DNA of 64,000 bases, taken from positions 853 through 64,852 of the IMG/VR virus record IMGVR_UViG_2928552194_000001; one strand, given 5' to 3'. The number at the start of each line of letters is the position of its first letter. Position 1 is the first letter of the stretch. Positions 54,507-63,086 of this stretch are shown here, piece by piece. Source of the stretch: a virus (lineage: Duplodnaviria > Caudoviricetes). Under the pieces are notes generated by a model. It was not told where the DNA came from, searched no databases, and saw nothing but the letters and a program-made list of their open reading frames with translations. A program made the translations under genes and the position numbers.

Positions 54507-55511
54507 ATGGAACGCATTGAGCCCGATCGTTTCGAATCCGTCGGCGCCGTGGTCGGAAATCTGGTCAACGGCCTCTCTGGCGAACATGTCTACCGCGGCG
54601 GCCAGATCTCCGAGCCTGGCGTTTATTCCGGCGTCGATATCGAGCGCTACCACCACGATCCCAACTTGTTCGACGGCTTCTCGATTTCATCCAGCGGCGT
54701 CCGTTCCGTTCTGCGCCGGCCGCTCGAATACTGGTGGACCAGCCCGTACAATCCCAACCGGGAAGAACCGGAGAGCAAGCCTTCCCTCGACTTCGGCAAG
54801 GCAGCGCACATGCTTCTTCTGGGCGAAGATGGCTTTGCCGAGCGATATGCGCTGCGTCCGGCCAAATACGAGGACGACAAGGGCGTCTGGAAGCCGTGGA
54901 ACGCCAATTCCAACCTCTGTAAGGAATGGCTGGCCAAGACCGCCGAGGCCGGCAAGACGGTAATCACCGAAATCGAAATCGGCCATATCCGCCACATGGC
55001 AGCCGCACTCCAATCCAAGGAAGCGGTTCGGCTCGGCATCCTGAACGGCAGGATCGAGCGGTCGATCTTCACCAAGCGCAACGGCATCTGGCTCAAGAGC
55101 CGGCCCGACGTAATTCCCAACTCATCGGGCGATTTCGTTGATCTGAAAACCGCTGCGTCTGTCGATGACGAAAGCCTGTCGCGGGCGATTTTCGCCCATG
55201 GCTATCACGTGCAGGCAGGGTTCACCCGCATGGTCGTTCGCGACGTGCTCGGGCCTGACGCCTTCACGTCCTTCACCTTCGCCTTTGTCGAGAAGCAGCC
55301 GCCCTACGACGTGCGGATCATGCAGTTGAAGGACAGCGACATCGACCTTGGCGAGCGTCAGGCGATGCGCGGGCTGGCAATCCTGGCTGAGTGCATCACG
55401 CGCGGAGAGTGGCCCGGCTTCGATGGGCACGACCAGCACATTTCATTCGTGGAAATGCCTGCATGGGCGCGGACGCGGATCGACACTGAATTGAATGCGG
55501 TGGCGGCATGA
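54507..55511 (+). CDS. RecE/ExoVIII-like PD-(D/E)XK exonuclease (DUF3799)
   Basis: ISSSG, FGKAAHMLLL, KSRPD..VDLKT, GYHVQA and FVEK motifs. Confidence 0.88.
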   Translation: MERIEPDRFESVGAVVGNLVNGLSGEHVYRGGQISEPGVYSGVDIERYHHDPNLFDGFSISSSGVRSVLRRPLEYWWTSPYNPNREEPESKPSLDFGKAAHMLLLGEDGFAERYALRPAKYEDDKGVWKPWNANSNLCKEWLAKTAEAGKTVITEIEIGHIRHMAAALQSKEAVRLGILNGRIERSIFTKRNGIWLKSRPDVIPNSSGDFVDLKTAASVDDESLSRAIFAHGYHVQAGFTRMVVRDVLGPDAFTSFTFAFVEKQPPYDVRIMQLKDSDIDLGERQAMRGLAILAECITRGEWPGFDGHDQHISFVEMPAWARTRIDTELNAVAA

Positions 55512-55750
55512 TCATCGATCCCGACTTCCGCGAGGTCGATGAGCCGGTTGTCACGCTTCAGATGAGCCTCAGCCAAGCCGAAGCCCTCTCAAGTGGCATG
55601 TCCGACCTGCTGTGCTGGGCCAACGGTTTCATGGCCGCGAAGGGCGAGGACTTCCGCTTCGACCCCATGGGCACCCACCAAATCCGAGAACTGAACATCG
55701 CCCTGAAAAGCGCAATGGCGCGGGCCGAGAAAGAGGAAACGAGCGAATGA
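55508..55750 (+). CDS. Hypothetical protein
   Basis: ATGA overlaps at both ends. Confidence 0.6.
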   Translation: MIIDPDFREVDEPVVTLQMSLSQAEALSSGMSDLLCWANGFMAAKGEDFRFDPMGTHQIRELNIALKSAMARAEKEETSE

Positions 55751-56436
55751 AGGTCCGCGTCATTGATTTTGAGACAACCGGCCTGCCCGAGGATCAAACC
55801 AAGGGCATCTGCGAAATCGGCTGGACCGACGTCACCGACGACTGGCAGGTTCATGGGCCATATTCGATACTGGTCAATCCCGGTCATTCGATCCCACCAG
55901 TCACCCGAGCCATCCATCATATTTCCGATGCTGACGTTGCCGGGGCGATCTCGCCCGACGTTGGCTGCGCCAAACTGATGGCCGGCATGGAGCCGGGAGA
56001 CGTTTTCGCCGCGCACAATGCCAAGTTCGAGCGGGCATTCTTTGGCGGCGGTCAGCATGACTGGATTTGCACGCTTCAGTGCGCCCGGCATCTGTTTCCC
56101 GATGCTCCCGGTCATTCGAACCAAGTCCTTCGCTACCATCTTGGCATCGACGAAGAAGACGATTTCGACTCGGAAGCCTCCATGCCGCCGCACCGTGCCG
56201 GCCCCGATACGTTGGTCACGGCCTTCATTCTGCGCCGCCTGATCTTCGCGTCGAGCCTGGCCAAGCTGGTTGAACTGACCACCGCGCCCGTCGTCCTCCA
56301 GACCATCACCTTCGGCAAGCACCGCGGCACCAAATGGGCCGACCTGCCGCGCGATTATCTCCAATGGATCGCGTTCAAGTCCGAACTCGGCGCGGATGAG
56401 AAGCACACCGCACGTCACATTCTGGGAGCCAACTGA
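55747..56436 (+). CDS. DEDDh 3'-5' exonuclease (ExoX-like)
   Basis: IDFETTG, AHNAKFE, HRAGPD and C-terminal FGKHRG motifs. Confidence 0.9.
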   Translation: MKVRVIDFETTGLPEDQTKGICEIGWTDVTDDWQVHGPYSILVNPGHSIPPVTRAIHHISDADVAGAISPDVGCAKLMAGMEPGDVFAAHNAKFERAFFGGGQHDWICTLQCARHLFPDAPGHSNQVLRYHLGIDEEDDFDSEASMPPHRAGPDTLVTAFILRRLIFASSLAKLVELTTAPVVLQTITFGKHRGTKWADLPRDYLQWIAFKSELGADEKHTARHILGAN

Positions 56437-56437
56437 T

Positions 56438-57616
56438 ATGAACCAGATCGCCACTCAATCCGACAGCCGCATGTTGGCCATCGAGGAAAAGATCAATCGC
56501 GACGTGTCATCTGCAATCACCGTCGGCGTCGGCGGCATCACCTTCCAGAATGCCGGCGAGGTCATGGAGTACGCCAAGATGATGGCCGTCTCCGGTTCGG
56601 CCGTGCCAAAGCATCTTCGCGGCCAGCCCGGCGCCTGCCTCGGCATCATCGACGATGCGATCCGGTTTCGGACCAGCCCGTATGCGCTGGCCCGCAAGAG
56701 CTACTTCGTCAACGACAACCTGGCTTACGAGGCTCAGGTCATCGCCGGCGTCATTAATGCCTTTGCGCCTTTGAAGCAGCGCCCCGATATTAAATGGGAA
56801 GGCGAAGGGCCGGATCGCGTCTGCATCGTGATTGCCGAGTTCAAGGACGGCGCGGTGCGCGAGGTCAAGAGCCCGAAGCTCAAGGACATCCATCCCAAGA
56901 ATTCGCCGCTGTGGAAGTCTGACCCGGATCAGCAGCAATCCTACTATACCCTGCGGTCCTTCGCCCGCCGGTGGTGCCCGGAAATCATTCTCGGCATCTA
57001 CGACGTGGAGGAAATGCGCTTTGCCGAGATGCGTGACGTCTCGCCCGAACAGCCGTCGGTCATGCAGCGCCTTCAAGCCCGACAGGAAGGCTCCCAGACG
57101 CGCGAAGGCTTCGATCAGTCCTTTGTCACCCGCGAAACGGCCGCGCTCACTGGCGAGGCCGACAGCGGCCAGACCGAAGACAATTCCCAATCGTCGGTGC
57201 CCTCTCCCGACGACGGCAGCAGCGGCGGGGAAACGCCATCCTCTCAAACCGCTGCTGCCACCAATTCACAGCCCGATGATGAATCGGGCACCTCGGAGGA
57301 AGGCGACAATCCCGGTCAGGTAACCACGGAAACGGCCGCACCTTCCTCCGACCTCCATTCCGGGGACCGGGCATGGTTGCTCGAGCTTGCAAAGCAGCTT
57401 TGGGCCGCAACCGGTCTTGGCGAGCAAGAGCTTGTTTCGGCCATCGCCGCCGATCTTCGCAAGACGGCGCCCGAAGATCTGTCCCAGTTGGCCCGCGACA
57501 AGGCCCTGTCCGTCGTCAAGCAATGCAAGCTGGTCTGTTTCGGAGAGCAGGAAGCTGGCGACACGCTGCCGATCATCGCTGGTATCGTTGGTGTCGAAGT
57601 CGGGGAGATTGCTTGA
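56438..57616 (+). CDS. recT: RecT-family single-strand annealing protein
   Basis: VPKHLRGQPGAC, AYEAQ, SPLWKSDPDQQ and RRWCPEIILGIY motifs. Confidence 0.82.
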   Translation: MNQIATQSDSRMLAIEEKINRDVSSAITVGVGGITFQNAGEVMEYAKMMAVSGSAVPKHLRGQPGACLGIIDDAIRFRTSPYALARKSYFVNDNLAYEAQVIAGVINAFAPLKQRPDIKWEGEGPDRVCIVIAEFKDGAVREVKSPKLKDIHPKNSPLWKSDPDQQQSYYTLRSFARRWCPEIILGIYDVEEMRFAEMRDVSPEQPSVMQRLQARQEGSQTREGFDQSFVTRETAALTGEADSGQTEDNSQSSVPSPDDGSSGGETPSSQTAAATNSQPDDESGTSEEGDNPGQVTTETAAPSSDLHSGDRAWLLELAKQLWAATGLGEQELVSAIAADLRKTAPEDLSQLARDKALSVVKQCKLVCFGEQEAGDTLPIIAGIVGVEVGEIA

Positions 57617-58287
57617 TGGCTGATCTCCCTATTCTCTTCTCCGCCCCCATGGTCCGCGCGATTCTGCGCGAGATCGAGCAGCCCGGCACCGGCAAGACGC
57701 AGACGCGGCGGGTGTTGGACGCGTGGTGCGATGAGCCGCCTGCGGTCGTCGATGAGGGCGTCATCACCGCCTTCGATGAGAACGACAAGCCGTATCGATG
57801 GCCGCGCACAGCAGCCGTCGGCGACCGCCTCTATGTCCGCGAGGCGTGGCATGCGGCGCGGAGCCTCGACCGAACGCCGCCGAGAGATATTCCGCGCGAT
57901 GCTGATATTGAGCACGCGGCAACGGCCCGCAGCTATGCCGAGATCGGCCTGAAAGGGAAACTCCGTCCGGCGATGTTCCTGCCCCGCTGGGCCAGCCGCA
58001 TCACCCTGATCGTCACCGATGTCCGCGTGCAGCGGCTGCAGGAGATCAGCCGTGACGATGCAATTTCGGAAGGTCTCATTCACAAGCCGGGCGTGATTGA
58101 GCCAGATTGGTGGGTTCTGCCGGAACCCTTCCATCAAGGTAGCTGGCTCTCTCCTGTAGCGGCCTTTCGCTTTCTCTGGGAGAGCCTCAACGCCGCGCGC
58201 GGATACGTCTGGGACACTAACCCCTGGGTTGCCGCCTACACCTTCACGCCGATCCTCGGGAATATCGATCAGATCGGGGGCGCATGA
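57616..58287 (+). CDS. ASCH/PUA-like phage protein
   Basis: PILFSAPMVRAIL..KTQTRR, GDRLYVRE and MFLPRWASRITL..VRVQRLQEIS motifs. Confidence 0.75.
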   Translation: MADLPILFSAPMVRAILREIEQPGTGKTQTRRVLDAWCDEPPAVVDEGVITAFDENDKPYRWPRTAAVGDRLYVREAWHAARSLDRTPPRDIPRDADIEHAATARSYAEIGLKGKLRPAMFLPRWASRITLIVTDVRVQRLQEISRDDAISEGLIHKPGVIEPDWWVLPEPFHQGSWLSPVAAFRFLWESLNAARGYVWDTNPWVAAYTFTPILGNIDQIGGA

Positions 58288-58709
58288 TGGCCCGCCCCGT
58301 CAAAGAGTGGATAGGCGCCCACCACGGCGTCAACATCCCGCCCCGCGTCCGCCTGCGCGTCTTCGACCGAGACGGCGGCATCTGCCACCTGTGCAAGCTG
58401 CCGATCAAGACCGGCGAGACGTGGCAGGCCGATCACGTCGTCGCACTGATCAATGGCGGTGAGCACCGCGAGACGAACCTGGCGCCGGCGCACTCCCATT
58501 GCCACGTCGGCAAATCCGCTCAGGACGTAAGGGAAAAGGCCAAGGTGGCCAAGGTTCGCGGCAAGCACACCGGTGCCGTCCGCCCATCTTCCAAGCTCTC
58601 CACCCGAGACAAGCGCGCTCCCAAGCGCCTCACCAAACAACTCCCGCCGCGCGTCCGCGACGTGTACGGCAGACCTGTCGCCAAGGAGGCGCATAGCCAT
58701 GCAGATTAA
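58284..58709 (+). CDS. HNH endonuclease
   Basis: CHLC...ADHVVALINGG...NLAPAHSHCH. Confidence 0.85.
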   Translation: MMARPVKEWIGAHHGVNIPPRVRLRVFDRDGGICHLCKLPIKTGETWQADHVVALINGGEHRETNLAPAHSHCHVGKSAQDVREKAKVAKVRGKHTGAVRPSSKLSTRDKRAPKRLTKQLPPRVRDVYGRPVAKEAHSHAD

Positions 58710-59286
58710 TGAAAAGGCGCTCAAGCCCTGCCCCTTCTGCGGGACAGCGATGATGCTTCGCGGTGCGCTCTGGCCTTCAGAAGGCGACCGGGATGCCGTC
58801 ATCCATGCAGAGCCTACAGACTGTCCGCTTCCTCATTTCTCGAATGACACCTTTGACGGGAGCATTGTCGAGGTCTGGAACCGTCGCGCCGAAGCCGTAA
58901 CGCCGCCTGATGTGGCGGGGCTGATCGACGTACTTGTTGAGTGCGCAGAGATGGTTGAAGACGGCCGACAGGACGGCCTGACGCAATTCTGGCACGACGA
59001 AACGGCAAAGCTGACCGCAAAAACCTGCCTCGAAGCCGCCACCGCGCTCCGTCTCTCCGCAGGTGGTGGGTGGAGATCGATGGATAGCGCGCCGGAACTG
59101 GATCGAGTGATTGTAGCGGGGTGGCAAAAGCCCACCCGAAGCTGCGCCGGTTACTGGTGGATGCATGAAGACGTAATCATTAATGGCCGACCTGACGAGC
59201 GGCCAGATGCTCTCCTGTGGCATCCCTTCCCTGCTAGGCCAACTGGCCTCCCCGCATCCCCCACCGCACCGGAGGCTGTCCGATGA
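58699..59286 (+). CDS. Lar-like Zn-ribbon plus DUF551-like protein
   Basis: LKPCPFCG...WNRR, then WRSMDSAP...WHPFP. Confidence 0.65.
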   Translation: MQINEKALKPCPFCGTAMMLRGALWPSEGDRDAVIHAEPTDCPLPHFSNDTFDGSIVEVWNRRAEAVTPPDVAGLIDVLVECAEMVEDGRQDGLTQFWHDETAKLTAKTCLEAATALRLSAGGGWRSMDSAPELDRVIVAGWQKPTRSCAGYWWMHEDVIINGRPDERPDALLWHPFPARPTGLPASPTAPEAVR

Positions 59287-59831
59287 GCAGGATCGCCTAT
59301 GCCGACCCTCCTTATATCGGATGCGCCCACCTCTACCGGGATCACCCAGATTATGCCGGGGAGGTTGACCACGCCGAATTGCTTGATCGCCTGGAGAGCG
59401 AGTTCGATGGCTGGGTGCTTCACGCGTCCGCCACACCAACCAGCATGGCAACACTCGCGCCTCTTGTCGCCAAGATCGATGGCGCGCGATGGATGTCATG
59501 GGTGAAGGGATTTGCCGCCTTCAAGCGCAACGTTCCCGTCGCCTATGCGTGGGAGCCTGTCGTAGTGAAGCCCGCCCGAAAGCCGGTCGTCAGCAAGCGA
59601 CTGGTGATGCGCGACTGGATTCAGGAGAGCATTACGCTCAAGCGCGGTCTGACGGGGGCCAAGCCCGAGGCTGTTTGCCATTGGGCTTTCGAAATGGTCG
59701 CAGCTCGGCCCGATGATGAATTGCACGATCTGTTCCCCGGCACGGGCGCAGTCACCGAAGCGTGGCGGACGTGGCGGCTCAAGTTCGCATTGCCGGAAGA
59801 TGGGCCGCTGTTTGAAAGGAAAGCGTCATGA
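59283..59831 (+). CDS. Minimal adenine DNA methyltransferase-like protein
   Basis: YADPPY catalytic motif, GAKP and DLFPGTG SAM motif in 182 aa. Confidence 0.72.
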   Translation: MSRIAYADPPYIGCAHLYRDHPDYAGEVDHAELLDRLESEFDGWVLHASATPTSMATLAPLVAKIDGARWMSWVKGFAAFKRNVPVAYAWEPVVVKPARKPVVSKRLVMRDWIQESITLKRGLTGAKPEAVCHWAFEMVAARPDDELHDLFPGTGAVTEAWRTWRLKFALPEDGPLFERKAS

Positions 59832-60154
59832 CTGACAAGCCCGTCTACACGATGCGCGAATGCGTAGAACTCTCTCTCATGTTGGTGACCGTGCAGATCA
59901 GAGAAGAACGCATCAACAGCATCGAAGAATTATATGGCCTGAAACGGCATTTCGAGACCGTTCTAGATGAAACTTCACCCGCCCGCATCGAAGCCTTGGA
60001 AGCCGAGAATGTGCGGCTGCGGGCGGCGCTGGAACCATTCGCGCGTCACGCCGACGGACGGAAATCAAAGGGTCTTCTTGGTGGCGTAATTTTTACACAG
60101 CCTGCGCTGCTAGCCGCCCGCTGCGCCCTTGAAGGAGGCAACGAAGATGGTTGA
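59828..60154 (+). CDS. Hypothetical protein
   Basis: IEALEAENVRLRAALEPFA coiled segment. Confidence 0.6.
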   Translation: MTDKPVYTMRECVELSLMLVTVQIREERINSIEELYGLKRHFETVLDETSPARIEALEAENVRLRAALEPFARHADGRKSKGLLGGVIFTQPALLAARCALEGGNEDG

Positions 60155-60986
60155 GCGCTACACTCTTGTCAGGGACGGTCGCCAAGGATGGGGTTTAGCC
60201 AAGCGGCCCAACGGTGTTTATGTTCACCACTCCGATTACGAAGCCCTTCGCGCCGAGCTTGAGCAGGTCAGGCGGGATCGGGATGCAAATCATAACCTCG
60301 CTATCGCGAATGGCGAACGCGCTAAGGACGAACACAGACGCGCCGAAGCCGCCGAGCGCCTTGCCGAGGCGCGGGTGGTGGTCAAGCCGCTGGAGTGGTC
60401 GGAATACGAGACAGAGGGCTGGGCCGACCGCGCCGACGCGGAAGCCGGTTCGTTTGGGGTTTTCTATAACATAGATATCCAGAGAGATGGATATCGCGTC
60501 GTGTTCGACCGCGAAGCTGTGGGCGCTATAGGAACATTTGAAACCGCAGACGAGGCCAAAGCCGCCACCCAAGCCGATTACGAGCGCCGCATCCTCTCCG
60601 CCCTTGCCGAGCCTGCCGGAGAGGTGGAGCCGGAACCTGTGGCGTATCCGAAGATCATGTATGTCTGTGAGCACTGCCACGAGCACAATCCAGAAATGTG
60701 CGGGCACGACCGTACCGACATTTATGTGACGCCAGACGGGCGGTGGCTTTGCGACGGGTGCCTAGACGAAGAAGGAGTACCACACCGCGACTGCGTGTCT
60801 CCGCCGACGCTCTACACCTCTCCCGTCGCCACCCCTCCAGCGAGCGCGATAAGGGGGGCGCTACCCGCGACGGGCCGGTATGTGGACAGACTCATCCGCA
60901 TCTTCCGTGACAGGCCAGACGACGACACGAGCGCTGTAGTCTTGCAGGACTATGCCCGTGCCGCCCTCGCAGGGAGCGCAGAGTAA
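60147..60986 (+). CDS. Mosaic Ead-like early protein
   Basis: VKPLEW, EAKAATQADYERRILSAL and CEHC/CDGC modules. Confidence 0.65.
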   Translation: MVERYTLVRDGRQGWGLAKRPNGVYVHHSDYEALRAELEQVRRDRDANHNLAIANGERAKDEHRRAEAAERLAEARVVVKPLEWSEYETEGWADRADAEAGSFGVFYNIDIQRDGYRVVFDREAVGAIGTFETADEAKAATQADYERRILSALAEPAGEVEPEPVAYPKIMYVCEHCHEHNPEMCGHDRTDIYVTPDGRWLCDGCLDEEGVPHRDCVSPPTLYTSPVATPPASAIRGALPATGRYVDRLIRIFRDRPDDDTSAVVLQDYARAALAGSAE

Positions 60987-61358
60987 AGAACATGATCACG
61001 TCATTCGTCCTACAACGCGCCCCAGCCCGCTATAACATGGTCGGCCAGCGCCTACCGGACAGCCTCCACGATACCGATCAGGTCATCTCTCCCGGCCTTG
61101 TCCGTCGCTTGCAGCGATACGCCCTCGGACGGCTCCAGCAAGACGCCGGTTTCCGTGTCCGCGACTGGCGGTGCGAGGTCTACACGATGGATGGCGACAC
61201 GCCGCGCAGCGAGCGGTTCTACTGCGTGGAGTTTACAAACGAGCGCGGGGGCATGCTCGGCGTGCAGGGTATTGCGATTGGACGGGGCGGACATCCGTGC
61301 TTGGACCACGGCATTTGCGTTGAAGAGGGCAGAGACGCAATAACAGGGAGCGCAGAGT
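60970..61358 (+). repeat. 15-bp direct repeat CAGGGAGCGCAGAGT
   Basis: Identical at 60970-60984 and 61344-61358. Confidence 0.85.
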
Positions 61359-61360
61359 GA
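60992..61360 (+). CDS. Hypothetical protein flanked by direct repeats
   Basis: 122-aa ORF ending GSAE like the preceding gene. Confidence 0.65.
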   Translation: MITSFVLQRAPARYNMVGQRLPDSLHDTDQVISPGLVRRLQRYALGRLQQDAGFRVRDWRCEVYTMDGDTPRSERFYCVEFTNERGGMLGVQGIAIGRGGHPCLDHGICVEEGRDAITGSAE

Positions 61361-61671
61361 TGGGCGCGCGCGAGGTGATAGCTAAATGGTCCGCTGTCGA
61401 TATCGGAGGGCCGGGAACGCGCCCGAACAAGGCAGATTTGGCAATTGCAGACCAGATCATCGACGCCTTGAAAAGCAAAGGCTACGTGATCCTGTCTCCC
61501 GACGAGGTGCGGGGGATGACGCCGGGCGCAGCGGAAGCTTTCGCGGCTCTCGATCTTGCGGATCGCCTCATTGAAAGCGCCTACGGAACCGATACCCCGC
61601 GAGAATGGAACAAGGCGTTTCGGCAGGTTGCCAAAGCCCGCTCGATGAAAGGAGGCGCAGGATGCGACTGA
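61357..61671 (+). CDS. Hypothetical protein
   Basis: ADQIIDALKSKGYVI motif; overlaps neighbours. Confidence 0.6.
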   Translation: MMGAREVIAKWSAVDIGGPGTRPNKADLAIADQIIDALKSKGYVILSPDEVRGMTPGAAEAFAALDLADRLIESAYGTDTPREWNKAFRQVAKARSMKGGAGCD

Positions 61672-61907
61672 CTGACGATGAGCGCCGGGAACTAAGGTGG
61701 CTCGCGCGCCAAGCTTTCCCTGTATGGGGCGGAGTTTATGACAGAGGCGGTGACGAGTTCACATCGAAAATGATGAGGCTTGGCTACGTGGCATCCGTCG
61801 AATGCCCCGTCAGGGTAGGCAAGTCAAAGTTCTCAGGTGGATACCGCATCACCCCCGCAGGTCGCGCCGCACTCAAAGCTCTGGAGGCGCAGGATGCGAC
61901 TGACTGA
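61651..61907 (+). repeat. 25-bp direct repeat GGAGGCGCAGGATGCGACTGACTGA
   Basis: Identical at 61651-61675 and 61883-61907; contains SD and ATG. Confidence 0.9.
61662..61907 (+). CDS. Small winged-helix-like protein
   Basis: MRLTDDERRELRWL...YRITPAGRAAL. Confidence 0.65.
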   Translation: MRLTDDERRELRWLARQAFPVWGGVYDRGGDEFTSKMMRLGYVASVECPVRVGKSKFSGGYRITPAGRAALKALEAQDATD

Positions 61908-62439
61908 GGCGCAGCGGAGCGACCGCGACGATGCGGTCGCGATTGAACTCTCCGGTGGAGAGTTTGCCATAATCGACGCTGAAGACCTTCCGAAGATTGA
62001 AGGCCGAAAGTGGTGGGTGAAGCGCAGTCGAAATACGTCATATGCCATCGGCCATGGCGGGAGAGGGTCTCCATGCCTAAGGATGCACCGGATTATCATC
62101 GGTGCTAAACCCGGAGAGATTGTCGATCATATCGACAGGAATGGCCTTAACAACAGAAAGTCAAATCTGCGGATTGTATCCCACAGCCACAATGCCGCGA
62201 ATATTGCCCCCCGCAGCAAGTATGGGTATCGGGGAATAGGCTTCAACCCGAAGGGGAAGGTCCGCCCATGGCAAGCGATGGCGAAATTGGATGGGAAAAT
62301 CCATCGATTTGGCTGGTTTGATTCGAAAGAGGCGGCGGCTCTTGCTCACGACATCGGCATATTTGGCCTTCGCCGCGATCTGGCTCTGCTGAATTTTCCA
62401 AGCCTGTTTTCCGCTCTCACGGAGGGGAAGGATGACTAG
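61894..62439 (+). CDS. HNH-AP2 homing endonuclease
   Basis: MHRII...VDHIDRNGLNNRKSNLR plus SKYGYRGI...WQA...GWFDSKEAAALAHD. Confidence 0.9.
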   Translation: MRLTEAQRSDRDDAVAIELSGGEFAIIDAEDLPKIEGRKWWVKRSRNTSYAIGHGGRGSPCLRMHRIIIGAKPGEIVDHIDRNGLNNRKSNLRIVSHSHNAANIAPRSKYGYRGIGFNPKGKVRPWQAMAKLDGKIHRFGWFDSKEAAALAHDIGIFGLRRDLALLNFPSLFSALTEGKDD

Positions 62440-62446
62440 CACCCCA

Positions 62447-62701
62447 TCAATCCGCCAGTATCCCGGCCTCGCGCGCGGCCTCGGCAAATGCCTCTTGGGC
62501 CTTGGCCTGCGCTTTAGCATTGTCGGGGTTGGAATAGGCCTCCAGCGCCGCTTTCCGTGCCTCCAGATAGGCAGGACCGTCGCCCGGCCAGTCGCCCAGC
62601 AGCAACTCGACGGCGCGGCCGAGGCGCGTGACGGCGACAACGCTGCTGTCGGTTACGAAAACATGCACGGGTTTGTCCCACCAGGCAGATGTGTCGGCCA
62701 T
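62447..62701 (-). CDS. DUF982-family protein
   Basis: WDKPVHV...LLGDWP..GPAY..A...AFAEAAREAGIL; GGAGG SD. Confidence 0.82.
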   Translation of the reverse strand: MADTSAWWDKPVHVFVTDSSVVAVTRLGRAVELLLGDWPGDGPAYLEARKAALEAYSNPDNAKAQAKAQEAFAEAAREAGILAD

Positions 62702-62762
62702 GTCGGCCTCCTTTCCCTGTGGCAACGGGGGACGGGACTTGTTGTTCCGCCAGGGTGCCGCG

Positions 62763-63086
62763 ATGGGTAGGCCAGCGACCATTCTGGATCGTGCAATCTC
62801 GCCTGCCGAGGCTGTGGACATCCTGTGGAAACGAGGCGTCGAGATTTCAGAGCGCGCTTTGAGGGAGCGAGCGCGGGAAATTGGCGCTTATCGTCAGATC
62901 GGAAGGGCGATGTTCTTCACCCCCGATGACCTTGAAAGGATAATGGAGCCGGTAGGATGCTCACCCTCACAAAGCGCCCAAAAAGCCCATACTGGATCGC
63001 GCGGGGCACGTTCAACGGTATCCGAGTTGAACGAAGCACGGGCGAGACTTCAAAGCCTGAAGCAAGGAAAAAACTTGCGGAGATAA
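62763..63086 (+). CDS. xis: Excisionase-like HTH protein overlapping int
   Basis: SPAEAVDIL...ISERALRERAREIG.YRQIGRAMFFTPDDLERI. Confidence 0.75.
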   Translation: MGRPATILDRAISPAEAVDILWKRGVEISERALRERAREIGAYRQIGRAMFFTPDDLERIMEPVGCSPSQSAQKAHTGSRGARSTVSELNEARARLQSLKQGKNLRR

